A DNA stretch of 64,000 nt, from the NCBI GenBank assembly GCA_965223265.1, contig OZ244999.1, positions 3,456,001 through 3,520,000 on the forward strand, in the 5' to 3' direction. The DNA is from Planctomycetota bacterium (GTDB lineage: Bacteria; Planctomycetota; UBA8108; SXIK01). Of this stretch, positions 37,261 to 46,848 are shown in pieces. Made by a program: the position numbers and the translations under genes. The stretch's first letter is position 1, and each line of letters begins with the position of its first letter. A model generated the notes under the pieces. That model did no database searches. It saw only the letters and a program-made list of their open reading frames with translations, and had not been told where the DNA came from.

Positions 37261-40050
37261 CTAATCGACGTACACGAACTCGCTCAGGTTGAAAAGCAGC
37301 CGCGCCACAGACTCAGACGCAGCTCGCGGTGTCGTGGTTTGCCCCTGACGCTTGAGATGAGACACCACAGTCTCGCTCTCCCTCGGCGTCGGCGAGCGCC
37401 CGAGGGCAAGGCGGAATCCGCGTTCGATGACTCGCTCGACATCAGTGGTGATCAACTGTTCGCTATCGGCGGCATTTTCTGCGACGAGCCGAGCGGCAAA
37501 TGCCTTGGTCCGCGAGTCGATGAAGAGGCCATTGAGCATAGTGAGTGCTTGCGGTGCGATCGTCGTCGTCGGACGGGCAGGGTCGGAGGTGTCAGGCTTC
37601 GGGAAGTCGAACGATTCCAAAAACGGCACGCCGAGTGTGCGCTTGACGAAGATGTAGATGCTCCGTCTGGCCTCCTCGTTCGGCGTCGACTTTCCCCAAC
37701 CGCTTCCCGGCCTCGATTGCGTTGCCAGCACCGCCGCCGGAAGCGTGGGGAAGATGCCGCGCCCTCCCATCGCCAAGTTGAGCTCACCGCTGACGTGTAG
37801 CGCCGCGTCGCGGATCGCCTCGGCTTCCAGGCGGCGTAGATTCTGCCGCCAGAGAAGGCGGTTTTCGGGATCGACGCGCGCCGCTCGCTCGTCGAGGGCA
37901 CGCGACGACTGCTGATATGTGTCGGAGCGAAGAATCGTGCGGTGCATGTGTTTCGTCGACCACCCACTGGCGATGAATTCCGCGGCCAGCCAGTCGAGCA
38001 GCTTGGGATGCGACGGCTGACGACCGTTCTTTCCGAAGTCGTTCGGAGTCGAGACGAGACCGCGACCGAAGTGGTGATGCCAAAGGCGATTCATCATGAC
38101 CCGAGCCGTGAGTGGATTCCGAGCATTCGCGATCCACTCTGCGAGCGCTCGCCGGCGTCCACTCGTTCGCTCGACACCGTAGGCGATCAACTCGTCGGCG
38201 AGTTGACCTCGCGGCTTGAGCGATCGTAGCTTCGGTGCATGGCCTCCAAGGACGGTCAGAAACTGCGGCGCCACCGCGGCTCCGGGGTTGCGGGGATTGC
38301 CGCGCACGAGCACCCGCGTCTGACGCGACAGCTCACCCGATTCGCGCACTGAAAGGGCAAACTCGAACGGTTCGCTACGCATCGCCTCTTCGAGTTTTGC
38401 AATCCGCTCGTCGAGCTCCCGTAGCTTCGGATGGTCCTTCAGGGTTTCCAGGACTGCTTCGTCGGATGGCGTCACACGTGCTGCCGCCGCAGCGGCGACG
38501 CGTTTCTCGAGGTCGCTACGCTGGTCTTCCGGCCGCGCAAGTGCTTCACGCTCCGCCTCCGGCAGTTCAGCCGCCAACTGCTGACGCAGCTTCGCGCGTG
38601 TCGCCTCGATGAGCGCCTCGCGCTCTGATCGGGAAGCCGCGAGCGCGGTTTCGTAACCATGCTTCGCTTGCTGCCAGACCCTCAGCTCCCCAGGCTTCAG
38701 CAGTGGAGTGAAGATCCCCTTCTCGTTCGCTCGCCAGTGAGTGGCGCTCCGGTCCTCGCCGTACGGGGTCACGTGATCGATGAAAGCGAGCAGCCGGTAG
38801 TAGTCTTGCTGCGGAACGGGATCGAACTTGTGATCGTGGCACCGAGCACAGCCGATCGTGAGGCCAAGGAACGTCTCACCGAGCGTTCGTAAGATATCGT
38901 CTTTTTCTTCCAGGAATCCTACGAGCTTGTCGTCAGGCTCATCGTCCCAGACGCCGAGGCGATAGAAGCCCGTCGCGATGATCGACTCATGGCTCACCTC
39001 ATCGAGCTCGTCGCCTGCCAGCTGCTGAAGGATGAAGTCATCGTAGGGTTTGTCGCCGTTGAACGCGGAAATCACGTAATCGCGATAGCGCCAGGACTGT
39101 TTCTTCTCGCCATCTCGTTCATATCCGTCGGTTTGGGCGAACCGGACAACGTCGAGCCAGTGTCGCCCCCAACGCTCCCCGTAGCGGGGCGAAGCGAGGA
39201 GGCGATCGACAAGTTTCTCATAGGCATGTCCGTCGCTGGCGGCGAACGCATCGATCTCCTCGGGCGGTGGCGGCAGGCCAATGAGGTCGAAGTAGACTCG
39301 GCGCACGAGGTCGCGGTCGCTGGCGCGAGGTGAGAGCGAAAGTCCGCTCGCCTTTAGCTGAGCGGTGACGAGGCGATCGATCGGTTGACTGACGTGCGAG
39401 GGACTCGTAGGGACGGTGGGCCGCACGATCGGGCGAAACGACCAAAAGTTGCGGTCTTCTTCGCTGACGACGCCGTGATCCCGCACTGGCGTAATGGCGC
39501 CATCACCCGCGCGGCTCTCAGGGGATGCGATCGGCCACGGAGCTCCAAGCGCCACCCAACGCTCAAGTGTCGCGATCTTTCGATCCGAGAGCTTTCCGCT
39601 CGGCGGCATTTGCAGGGTTGTGTCGGTGTAGCGCACCGCTCGCAAGAGGAGGCTCTCTCCGGGCTCTCCGGGAGAAATCGCCGGCCCTGAGTCGCCACCA
39701 GTCAAAACGCTCGCGCGTGAGTTGAGCCTGAGTCCGCCCTTTTGCTTTTGCGCGCCGTGACACTCATAGCAAGAGTCGACCAGAAGCGGCCGCACACGGC
39801 TCTCGAAGAACTCGAGGCCGGCGCGATCGGCGGTGCCGGGAGTCACCTCGGCGTCGCGGCCAGCGATCTGGTCGCTGCCGAAAGCCAACGCGATCACGTT
39901 GGCAACCAAAACGATGCCGAAAAGAAGGCCTGCTCGCCGCGGTCGACGCGAAGGGTTCGATGGACGTCTGCAGGGACGGGAGGATCGGCCCGGAAATCTC
40001 AGGAACTGGCGCATGCGCGCGGCACCTCTTTCTTCTGTTGACACCTCCAA
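37261..40050 (-). CDS. Planctomycete cytochrome c + DUF1549/DUF1553 protein
   Basis: FFESRVRPLL..CYECHG, MPP, GERWGRHWLD, CARCHDHKFDP, PSHPKLLDWLA, APQALTMLN. Confidence 0.9.
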   Translation of the reverse strand: MEVSTEERGAARMRQFLRFPGRSSRPCRRPSNPSRRPRRAGLLFGIVLVANVIALAFGSDQIAGRDAEVTPGTADRAGLEFFESRVRPLLVDSCYECHGAQKQKGGLRLNSRASVLTGGDSGPAISPGEPGESLLLRAVRYTDTTLQMPPSGKLSDRKIATLERWVALGAPWPIASPESRAGDGAITPVRDHGVVSEEDRNFWSFRPIVRPTVPTSPSHVSQPIDRLVTAQLKASGLSLSPRASDRDLVRRVYFDLIGLPPPPEEIDAFAASDGHAYEKLVDRLLASPRYGERWGRHWLDVVRFAQTDGYERDGEKKQSWRYRDYVISAFNGDKPYDDFILQQLAGDELDEVSHESIIATGFYRLGVWDDEPDDKLVGFLEEKDDILRTLGETFLGLTIGCARCHDHKFDPVPQQDYYRLLAFIDHVTPYGEDRSATHWRANEKGIFTPLLKPGELRVWQQAKHGYETALAASRSEREALIEATRAKLRQQLAAELPEAEREALARPEDQRSDLEKRVAAAAAARVTPSDEAVLETLKDHPKLRELDERIAKLEEAMRSEPFEFALSVRESGELSRQTRVLVRGNPRNPGAAVAPQFLTVLGGHAPKLRSLKPRGQLADELIAYGVERTSGRRRALAEWIANARNPLTARVMMNRLWHHHFGRGLVSTPNDFGKNGRQPSHPKLLDWLAAEFIASGWSTKHMHRTILRSDTYQQSSRALDERAARVDPENRLLWRQNLRRLEAEAIRDAALHVSGELNLAMGGRGIFPTLPAAVLATQSRPGSGWGKSTPNEEARRSIYIFVKRTLGVPFLESFDFPKPDTSDPARPTTTIAPQALTMLNGLFIDSRTKAFAARLVAENAADSEQLITTDVERVIERGFRLALGRSPTPRESETVVSHLKRQGQTTTPRAASESVARLLFNLSEFVYVD

Positions 40051-40099
40051 GTTAGCGCATGGAGCAGTGGTGGGGAAAGATCCGCTTGGACTGAACCAC

Positions 40100-43000
40100 C
40101 TACGGACACTGGCTCCGGCGACACGTTAGGTGGTCGTGGGCGGCCTCAGCGGGCGCCTCGCCGCAGCTCTCGAACGGCGCCGGGAGCGGCTCAGCGCCGG
40201 CAAAGAGGTGCAGAAGCGTGCGCAGCGGATCCGCCAGATCGATGCGGCCGTCGCCGTTAGCGTCAGCGCTTTTCCAGCATCCCGGTCGACCCCTGCCGCG
40301 GAAAAGCAGATCGAGCGTGATCACCGCGTCGCTGAGGTTAACGCGTTCATCCTCGTTGACGTCGCCGCGTCGGAATCTCGCGACGATTGGGGCCGGAGCA
40401 GATTCTCTTGAGAAGGTCGCAACAGCGGGGGAGGCGAGTTCCTGGAAGCTGCCGTTCAAGTAGCGCACGGAAGCGGCCGTGCCGAGTATCTCGTCGGCGG
40501 CGTTGATCTCGACGACCGCTACGGGCGACTCGAGCCCAGCGACGCGCAGTGGTGGGTCCAGCACGGCCCAGTAGCTCACACCAAGGTTGTGGCGTGAAGC
40601 GGCGTAGACGAGATCCCAATAGTCGATGACATCGCGCTCGGCGCCCGCAAGGTCAAGCTCGGCGAGAACGAGGGCTGCGGGGCCGGTTTGATCGATGTCG
40701 ATGGGGGGTTCGTGGCGCTCGAGCAGTCGGAAGCTGCTGCCGTCGGTCAAAGAAACTTCAATCGACCAGAGCGGTAAGAGCTCGTAGGTGCACGACGAGT
40801 AGGTGATCACCAGATCACTGGCGCCCTGCATCGAGAGCTGCCTCGTCACGTACTCCTCATCGAACACGATCCGTCCGCCACGCAGCACGTCCTCACCACG
40901 CGCCAAGTACTCGAGGTTCTGCAGCTCGATCGTGAACTCCTCTCCCGACGCCAGCTGGTAGCGCTGCTCGTAGCGAAATCGGTACTCTGTCGTCTCTCCA
41001 CGCGGCGTTCGTACTAGCCGCAGGTTGCCATCTTCGAGAGGTGTCGCCGGTGCGGAGTCCGGCCCTAGCAAAACCTGGTCGAACAGATTCGCAGTTAGCG
41101 AGTTGGCCGTTGTCGGCAGCGCCAAATTCTGAGGTGTGAGATGAATCTGGCTCTTGAGCTCGAGAGCCGTCAAATTGCCCCGCGAGTGAACGAACACGCC
41201 GCAGACAATGGTCTCGGCAGGAACCTCGAGCGTAAAAGTGGGTGTCGGGGGGATGTCGACATTGCGCAGAAAAGGTCGCACCTGCTTCACGGCTAAATCG
41301 CCGTTCCGTTCGATCTTGAACTCAAGGTCGAGGAGAACCTGGAGGCGGGGAAAGTCGCCGGTGTCGATCGGCAGCTCGCGATCGATGTGCCAAACCAGCG
41401 CTCCCAGCTCTTGCAGCTGCTCGTCGCTCAGGACGTGCTCCCCAGGCTCAACAAGTGTTGACGGCTGCTGCCGAATGATCTGGCGCACCTCGCCAGCCTC
41501 GACGCTGAGAAGGTTCGTCTCAGCGATCACACCAGGCTCCGGGCTGACGACGCTCTCTTCGCCCACCTGCGCAGTAACGATGTAGCGGCCGTCGAACGGA
41601 TCGTTCGGGTTGCCGGTTAAGACAACGCCGTTCACCCGTTCATCGAGAAAAGCCCGGCTGACGAGAATGCCCATCGCCGTCTGCTCCTGTGGCATGCCGA
41701 AGAAGGCCCTTTCCTCGTAGGCGCGGAAATTCCAATTGCTCGCCCACACGCGACGGAGTGCGCGTTCGACACTGCGCTCATTCGACTTGGTCGGATCGCA
41801 ATGTGAGGGACCGCGGTCGTCAGCATCGAGCGTGTCTGCGGCGCATACGGACGTGGAGTCGTAGAGTCCCGCTCCATTGAATTCGAGTGCGTCCTCAGCG
41901 TTTGAGGAGCTCCGAAAGCGCACTGCTGTTCGTGTAGTACCGAAAACTTCGTCGATTCGGCGAACGAGATCTGCAACAAGACTGGCATCGACGGTGCTCT
42001 CGTCTCGCATGTGGTCGCGGAGCTCGTCCAGCACGGCGAATCTCAACGCTGAGTCGCTCTGGAACTCTGGCCACGTCTCCAGCTCAGCGATCAGCTGTTC
42101 ATACGTGACCTGCGCGCCCGATCTAGGCGACACCACAGTATTCGCACGCAGAAAATTCAGGTAGTGACGCATGGGAATCGCGAAACCACGTTCGGAATAC
42201 TGTGCGTGCTGGTCGACCAGTATCGTCTGCAGTCGAGCCATGTTCGTCGCCTTGCCTCCCCAACGCGATTCAGGTGTCGGATCCACCAGGCCGATGTCCA
42301 CCTCGACAAGACTGTCCAGTCTTGCGTAGTCAACATCGATGGTCGGCAGAACGGAGAGTTGAGGCCGACTTGACTGCCACCATTCTTCGGCCTCCTCGAT
42401 CGTCGCGCTTCGGACAATGATCGTCGCTGAGGTGACTTCCACACGCACCAGCGTGTCAGCGAACTCGGCGAACCGATCGAAGAGGTCCGAAGCAAATGCA
42501 TTCGGGGTGCCCCGACGAGCAGTTCGGACGGAGAGATGGCTCAGGTCGCTTTGACGTTCCGCCGTCAGGACAGCAGCAACGACGCCTTCGATATCGCGCG
42601 GCGCATGATCGAGAACGACGACGTCCTGAAAACCGATGCGGCCGCTGTCGTTCGCCTCTTCAAAGCTCTCACGCGTGTGGAGGCGCACACGACCAAACGC
42701 GACACCGAGCGTGTACGCTTCGAACTGCGGCGTAGAAGATCCATCGTCGAAGTAGACAAAACTGGTATCAGGCCACTCAGCAGCGGATTCACGGGTTAGC
42801 GCGGCATCCGGAAAGTACGCCAGCGGGCGCAGCGAAAACTTCGCTTCGAGCTCTTCATGAACGCCCCGCACTTCTTCGAATGTCGGCAGCTCGGCGGCAT
42901 CGGCCTCGAAGTTCGTCAAGACGTTGTAGCCATAGAGTGGGCCATCCGGGGTGTCCAGCAAGAATACGATTCCGCTGAAGTACTTCCGCCCGGCTCGCAA

Positions 43001-45523
43001 CCCCACGAGTTGATCGTAAAGCTCGACGGGAAAGCGGTCGGGGAACTCGGCAGCGAGGAACTGTTGGTGAAGAGGATAGCGCTGCACGTTGTGAAAGAGC
43101 GTCGGCACGAGCGTGTCGTCGTCGCTGTCGACTCGGGCGATGTACTTGGTGAGTCGCCGAATGTTGCCTCCTCGAACCGAGCGGATCGACAATTCGTGGA
43201 AGTCGAGCGGGGTGCAGATCGTTTCACGGAACGCCACTCCAACGCGGTCGGCGTTTTGGTTGTCGAAGATGGTGACGTCGAGGGAGGAATGGTTCGTCGA
43301 AATGATGTCCTCGTCCCCGTCACCGTCGAGGTCGCCGACGACCGCAAAGCGCGGGTTGTCGCCAGTGCTCAACTGGCGCGTTGGAACGAAGCGGCCGGCC
43401 CCCGTGTTCATGAGAAGCGTCAAGGCGTCGAGCGCACGGTCGGCGGTGAGAAGATCCTGCAGGCCGTCGCCGTTGAAGTCACCTTCCACCATCGAGTACG
43501 GCGGCAGATTGGTCTTCACTGATTGCCGCAAGGTGAAACTACCTGACGCATCGTTCTCAAGAAACGAGACGCCATCTGCAGATTCGCTTGAGGTGACGAG
43601 GTCGAGGTCGCCATCGCTATCGTAATCGAAGGCGTAGACGAACTGCGGTGGATCGACATCGTAATCAACGCGCGGACTCAAACGCCGTTCGCCCAAATTC
43701 AAAAAAACCGATACTTGGGCCGACCCCGCGTTCGAAACGGCGAGATCTTCGTCGCCGTCAAGGTCGTAGTCTCCTACAGCGATCGAAGTCGGATTGCTGC
43801 GCACTGGCGTTGTCACTTCATCTTCGAACGTCGTGTCGCGCTTGTTGTAATAGATGCCCATCGTGCTCGTGCCGGTACTTGTGGTGACGATGTCCTGAAA
43901 CCCGTCGAGGTCGATGTCGGCAGTGGTGACGTAGAAACCGCGCTCGCTGGCGTCGTAGTTTCGCGTCGGAGTAAAGGTGCCGTCGCCGTTGTTGAGCGCG
44001 ACCACCAGGAGGCTGTTCGTCGCCAGGCCGCCGCGCGACGCTTCGACACTTGTGAGGTCGATGTCGCCATCATTGTCCAAGTCGGCTGCAGCCAACGACC
44101 ACATGCCTCGGGCGTCTGGCATCGGAGTGAACTCGACGGCACCCAGGGAACCAGCCCCGTCGTTGCGCATCAGCGCGATCCTGCCGCCACCATCGATCAT
44201 GGCGAGGTCGAGGTCGCCGTCGGCGTCGAAGTCTTCAAGCTGCGTCGAGTGTGGACGAATGTTGACTAGGATTCTCTCTTTCTCTACCAGAGACACCAGC
44301 GGTCCGCCGCGAAGGTCGCCGTTCCAGAAGAGGTTCGCAGTCGGGCGACCGAAGAGTGTGACAAGAATCTCGTCGTCCCCGTCGCCGTCCATGTCCGTCG
44401 AAACGAGGGCCGTAGGCAACACGAGGATCGGCAGCTTCTGCGTAGTGACGAACGTCCCATCGCCGCTGTTGACGATGGCGATCACCCCCCGCGGCGATTG
44501 AAACCCACCGATCAGATCGAGATCGCCGTCGGCGTCGAAGTCCGACGCCGCGACCGCACTGGGGCGCTCCGCAGGCAGGGGCACGCTCGAGGTGGCGGGA
44601 GAACCATTCGCGGAGCCGCTCAAAATCGTCAAGCCGTCTTCGGTCAGCACGGCGATGTCTTCGATCCCATCCGCGTTGAGGTCCGCCGCGGTGAACACCT
44701 GGGGACGTGATGGGAGATCAACGGTCGTTCCTTGGAGCGGCATCCCGTCCGTGCTACCGAACAGAATCGTGATGTTGCGGCTGTCGCGGTTGATCGTGAT
44801 AACGTCTTCGAGATCGTTGGCATCGAGATCAGCCACAAGGACTGCCACTGGGTTGTCGCCAACATCGAATTCCAGCGGCGCAGCCCAAACGCGTGTCGGT
44901 GTGCCGAAATAGACGGAAACGGTATCGGCGCGGCGATTGGTGACGATGAGCTCGCTGGCACCGTCGCCGTCGAGGTCAGCAGCCGCAAGCGCCAAGACCC
45001 CAGGAGGTGTCGCGAGCTGCGAAGGAGGCTCAAACGTTCCATCACCATTGCCGTACAGGATTACGAGCCCGCCGACATCGACCATGATGAGGTCGAGATT
45101 CCCATCACCGTCGAGATCGGCGCTCTTCCATACCTCGGAGCGTCCCTCGACGTTGTAGTCGAGACGGCGAAAGTCCTCAGGGGCCCGGAGACCATCGCTA
45201 CCTGCCGTTTCGCTGGTGAGGAGCAGCGAAACACCTTCGCCGTGTCCCACAGCGACGTCGAGCAAGCCGTCGGAGTCGAAATCTCCGAGAGTCATATCCG
45301 ACGTGAAGTCGGCCACTTCGTAATCACTGAGACTCCCAAAGGCATGCGGCATCGCCTCACACTCATCGGGAATCTCATTCGAGTTGCAGTCGCTACTGGA
45401 CGTGCCGAGATCTTCGGCGTCCTCCCGGCCGTTCAAGTTGCAATCCAGAGCCGTTGCCGTCCGCGCTGAGAGTAAAGCGGACGCAAGGACGAGCACGACG
45501 AGACAAAAATAGTGAGCTTTCAT
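40100..45523 (-). CDS. Large secreted protein: FG-GAP repeats + phospho-His (PEP-utilizer mobile) domain + PPDK-type ATP-grasp + dockerin-like tail
   Basis: Signal peptide MKAHYFCLVVLVLASALL; DCNxNG motif; many DxDxDGxxD repeats; LSHLSVR; WGGKA, RSSSNAED, GAGLYDS, VWAS, KQVRP; FRRGDVNED tail. Confidence 0.88.
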   Translation of the reverse strand: MKAHYFCLVVLVLASALLSARTATALDCNLNGREDAEDLGTSSSDCNSNEIPDECEAMPHAFGSLSDYEVADFTSDMTLGDFDSDGLLDVAVGHGEGVSLLLTSETAGSDGLRAPEDFRRLDYNVEGRSEVWKSADLDGDGNLDLIMVDVGGLVILYGNGDGTFEPPSQLATPPGVLALAAADLDGDGASELIVTNRRADTVSVYFGTPTRVWAAPLEFDVGDNPVAVLVADLDANDLEDVITINRDSRNITILFGSTDGMPLQGTTVDLPSRPQVFTAADLNADGIEDIAVLTEDGLTILSGSANGSPATSSVPLPAERPSAVAASDFDADGDLDLIGGFQSPRGVIAIVNSGDGTFVTTQKLPILVLPTALVSTDMDGDGDDEILVTLFGRPTANLFWNGDLRGGPLVSLVEKERILVNIRPHSTQLEDFDADGDLDLAMIDGGGRIALMRNDGAGSLGAVEFTPMPDARGMWSLAAADLDNDGDIDLTSVEASRGGLATNSLLVVALNNGDGTFTPTRNYDASERGFYVTTADIDLDGFQDIVTTSTGTSTMGIYYNKRDTTFEDEVTTPVRSNPTSIAVGDYDLDGDEDLAVSNAGSAQVSVFLNLGERRLSPRVDYDVDPPQFVYAFDYDSDGDLDLVTSSESADGVSFLENDASGSFTLRQSVKTNLPPYSMVEGDFNGDGLQDLLTADRALDALTLLMNTGAGRFVPTRQLSTGDNPRFAVVGDLDGDGDEDIISTNHSSLDVTIFDNQNADRVGVAFRETICTPLDFHELSIRSVRGGNIRRLTKYIARVDSDDDTLVPTLFHNVQRYPLHQQFLAAEFPDRFPVELYDQLVGLRAGRKYFSGIVFLLDTPDGPLYGYNVLTNFEADAAELPTFEEVRGVHEELEAKFSLRPLAYFPDAALTRESAAEWPDTSFVYFDDGSSTPQFEAYTLGVAFGRVRLHTRESFEEANDSGRIGFQDVVVLDHAPRDIEGVVAAVLTAERQSDLSHLSVRTARRGTPNAFASDLFDRFAEFADTLVRVEVTSATIIVRSATIEEAEEWWQSSRPQLSVLPTIDVDYARLDSLVEVDIGLVDPTPESRWGGKATNMARLQTILVDQHAQYSERGFAIPMRHYLNFLRANTVVSPRSGAQVTYEQLIAELETWPEFQSDSALRFAVLDELRDHMRDESTVDASLVADLVRRIDEVFGTTRTAVRFRSSSNAEDALEFNGAGLYDSTSVCAADTLDADDRGPSHCDPTKSNERSVERALRRVWASNWNFRAYEERAFFGMPQEQTAMGILVSRAFLDERVNGVVLTGNPNDPFDGRYIVTAQVGEESVVSPEPGVIAETNLLSVEAGEVRQIIRQQPSTLVEPGEHVLSDEQLQELGALVWHIDRELPIDTGDFPRLQVLLDLEFKIERNGDLAVKQVRPFLRNVDIPPTPTFTLEVPAETIVCGVFVHSRGNLTALELKSQIHLTPQNLALPTTANSLTANLFDQVLLGPDSAPATPLEDGNLRLVRTPRGETTEYRFRYEQRYQLASGEEFTIELQNLEYLARGEDVLRGGRIVFDEEYVTRQLSMQGASDLVITYSSCTYELLPLWSIEVSLTDGSSFRLLERHEPPIDIDQTGPAALVLAELDLAGAERDVIDYWDLVYAASRHNLGVSYWAVLDPPLRVAGLESPVAVVEINAADEILGTAASVRYLNGSFQELASPAVATFSRESAPAPIVARFRRGDVNEDERVNLSDAVITLDLLFRGRGRPGCWKSADANGDGRIDLADPLRTLLHLFAGAEPLPAPFESCGEAPAEAAHDHLTCRRSQCP

Positions 45524-45629
45524 GCGGCACTCGGGGGAGTCGACAGTGGAAAAGACCCCTTCGATTCTCGAGCAGCCACCTGCCAGGCGCAAGGGGATTC
45601 GTCGTATTCGAGAACGCCCGAGCGCAGCG

Positions 45630-46811
45630 TCAAAGCTCCGTGATCGCGGCGTGCGCGAGAGTCCCAAACGTATGGTGAATCCGCGCCGCATCGCCGTGAA
45701 TAGCGGAGATTGCAGGTGCGGTTGCTAGCATGCTGGTCAGGAAGACCGTCACTAAGTCATAGGCGGGATCGACGATCGCGCGCATGCTCAGAAGGCCACC
45801 GTGAAAGAAGGCGCGGGGGCTCATGAAGTCAGACCCTCGGCAGAGATTCTGGCCGCGAACCATCCAGCCGAGCCCTTTGCTAAGGTGGACGAATTGATCC
45901 GCTGCCGGCGCTGACAGACGTTCCGCCGTTTCTGTCCACGCAAATTGCGGTTCGGTCATGCGCTCCAGCGTCACAGGCGACAGGATGCGCTCGCTACCGA
46001 AGGCCCCTCCGTTGAGCGCGGTCTGGCAGAAAACGGCAACATCGTCGGCGGTTGAATACGCTCCGATGTCGCCGCGATTCATGCTTAGAAATGCGTCGCA
46101 ATTCAGCTCCTCAGATTGGACGAGGGTTTCGCCAGCCGATTCGAAAAGCGGCACGACCTGCTCCCGCCATGCCGCCTCGTAGCCGAAATGGGTGTTACTC
46201 ATCTCTAGCGGATCGAAGATTTCACGTCGCGCCAACCTCTCCAGATCGGAACCTGTCAACTGGCGCAGAAGCTCCGCCAACACAATAAATCCCCACGTGC
46301 AGTAACTGCACCTACTTCCTGGTGCGCTGAAAAGCGGCGACGCATAGATCTCCTTCAGCCAGTCCTCGTTCGACTTCACCGCCGTCAGCGGCGAGGATAG
46401 CTCGTCCGGCAGGCCGGAGGCATGGCAAAGCAAATGGCGCACCGTGACCTGATCCTTACCCCACTGTCCAAATCGCGGCAGATACTCAGCGATGGGGCGA
46501 TCCAGCGCTAACGTGCCACGTTCGATTTGCTGCATGATCAGCGTCGCCACGAAAACCTTGGTGAATGACGCCAAATAGAAGAGAGGCGGAGTTGGTAGCG
46601 TCAGCCCTGCATCCGACAGCAGAGGACTGACATGCTGACTGCGCAGCACAACGACCCCACGACGAGCGACGACGAGGTCGATCACGGGGAGTGCGTTCGC
46701 GGCCACAATCCCATCCGCCCAGGCACGGACAGCATCGACGCGGTCCGCGCACATCCCGACGTCTTCCGGGCAGCCTGGTCGAAGTCCTGGATCAGGTTTC
46801 CTTGGGGTCAA
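45630..46811 (-). CDS. Serine hydrolase (class C beta-lactamase-like fold)
   Basis: LASFTK (SxxK), TVRHLLCHASG, SYCT, FDPLEM, HGG. Confidence 0.85.
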   Translation of the reverse strand: MTPRKPDPGLRPGCPEDVGMCADRVDAVRAWADGIVAANALPVIDLVVARRGVVVLRSQHVSPLLSDAGLTLPTPPLFYLASFTKVFVATLIMQQIERGTLALDRPIAEYLPRFGQWGKDQVTVRHLLCHASGLPDELSSPLTAVKSNEDWLKEIYASPLFSAPGSRCSYCTWGFIVLAELLRQLTGSDLERLARREIFDPLEMSNTHFGYEAAWREQVVPLFESAGETLVQSEELNCDAFLSMNRGDIGAYSTADDVAVFCQTALNGGAFGSERILSPVTLERMTEPQFAWTETAERLSAPAADQFVHLSKGLGWMVRGQNLCRGSDFMSPRAFFHGGLLSMRAIVDPAYDLVTVFLTSMLATAPAISAIHGDAARIHHTFGTLAHAAITEL

Positions 46812-46848
46812 GGCGATTCCTCACGCGTTCGTGTTTGGGTCATCCGAG

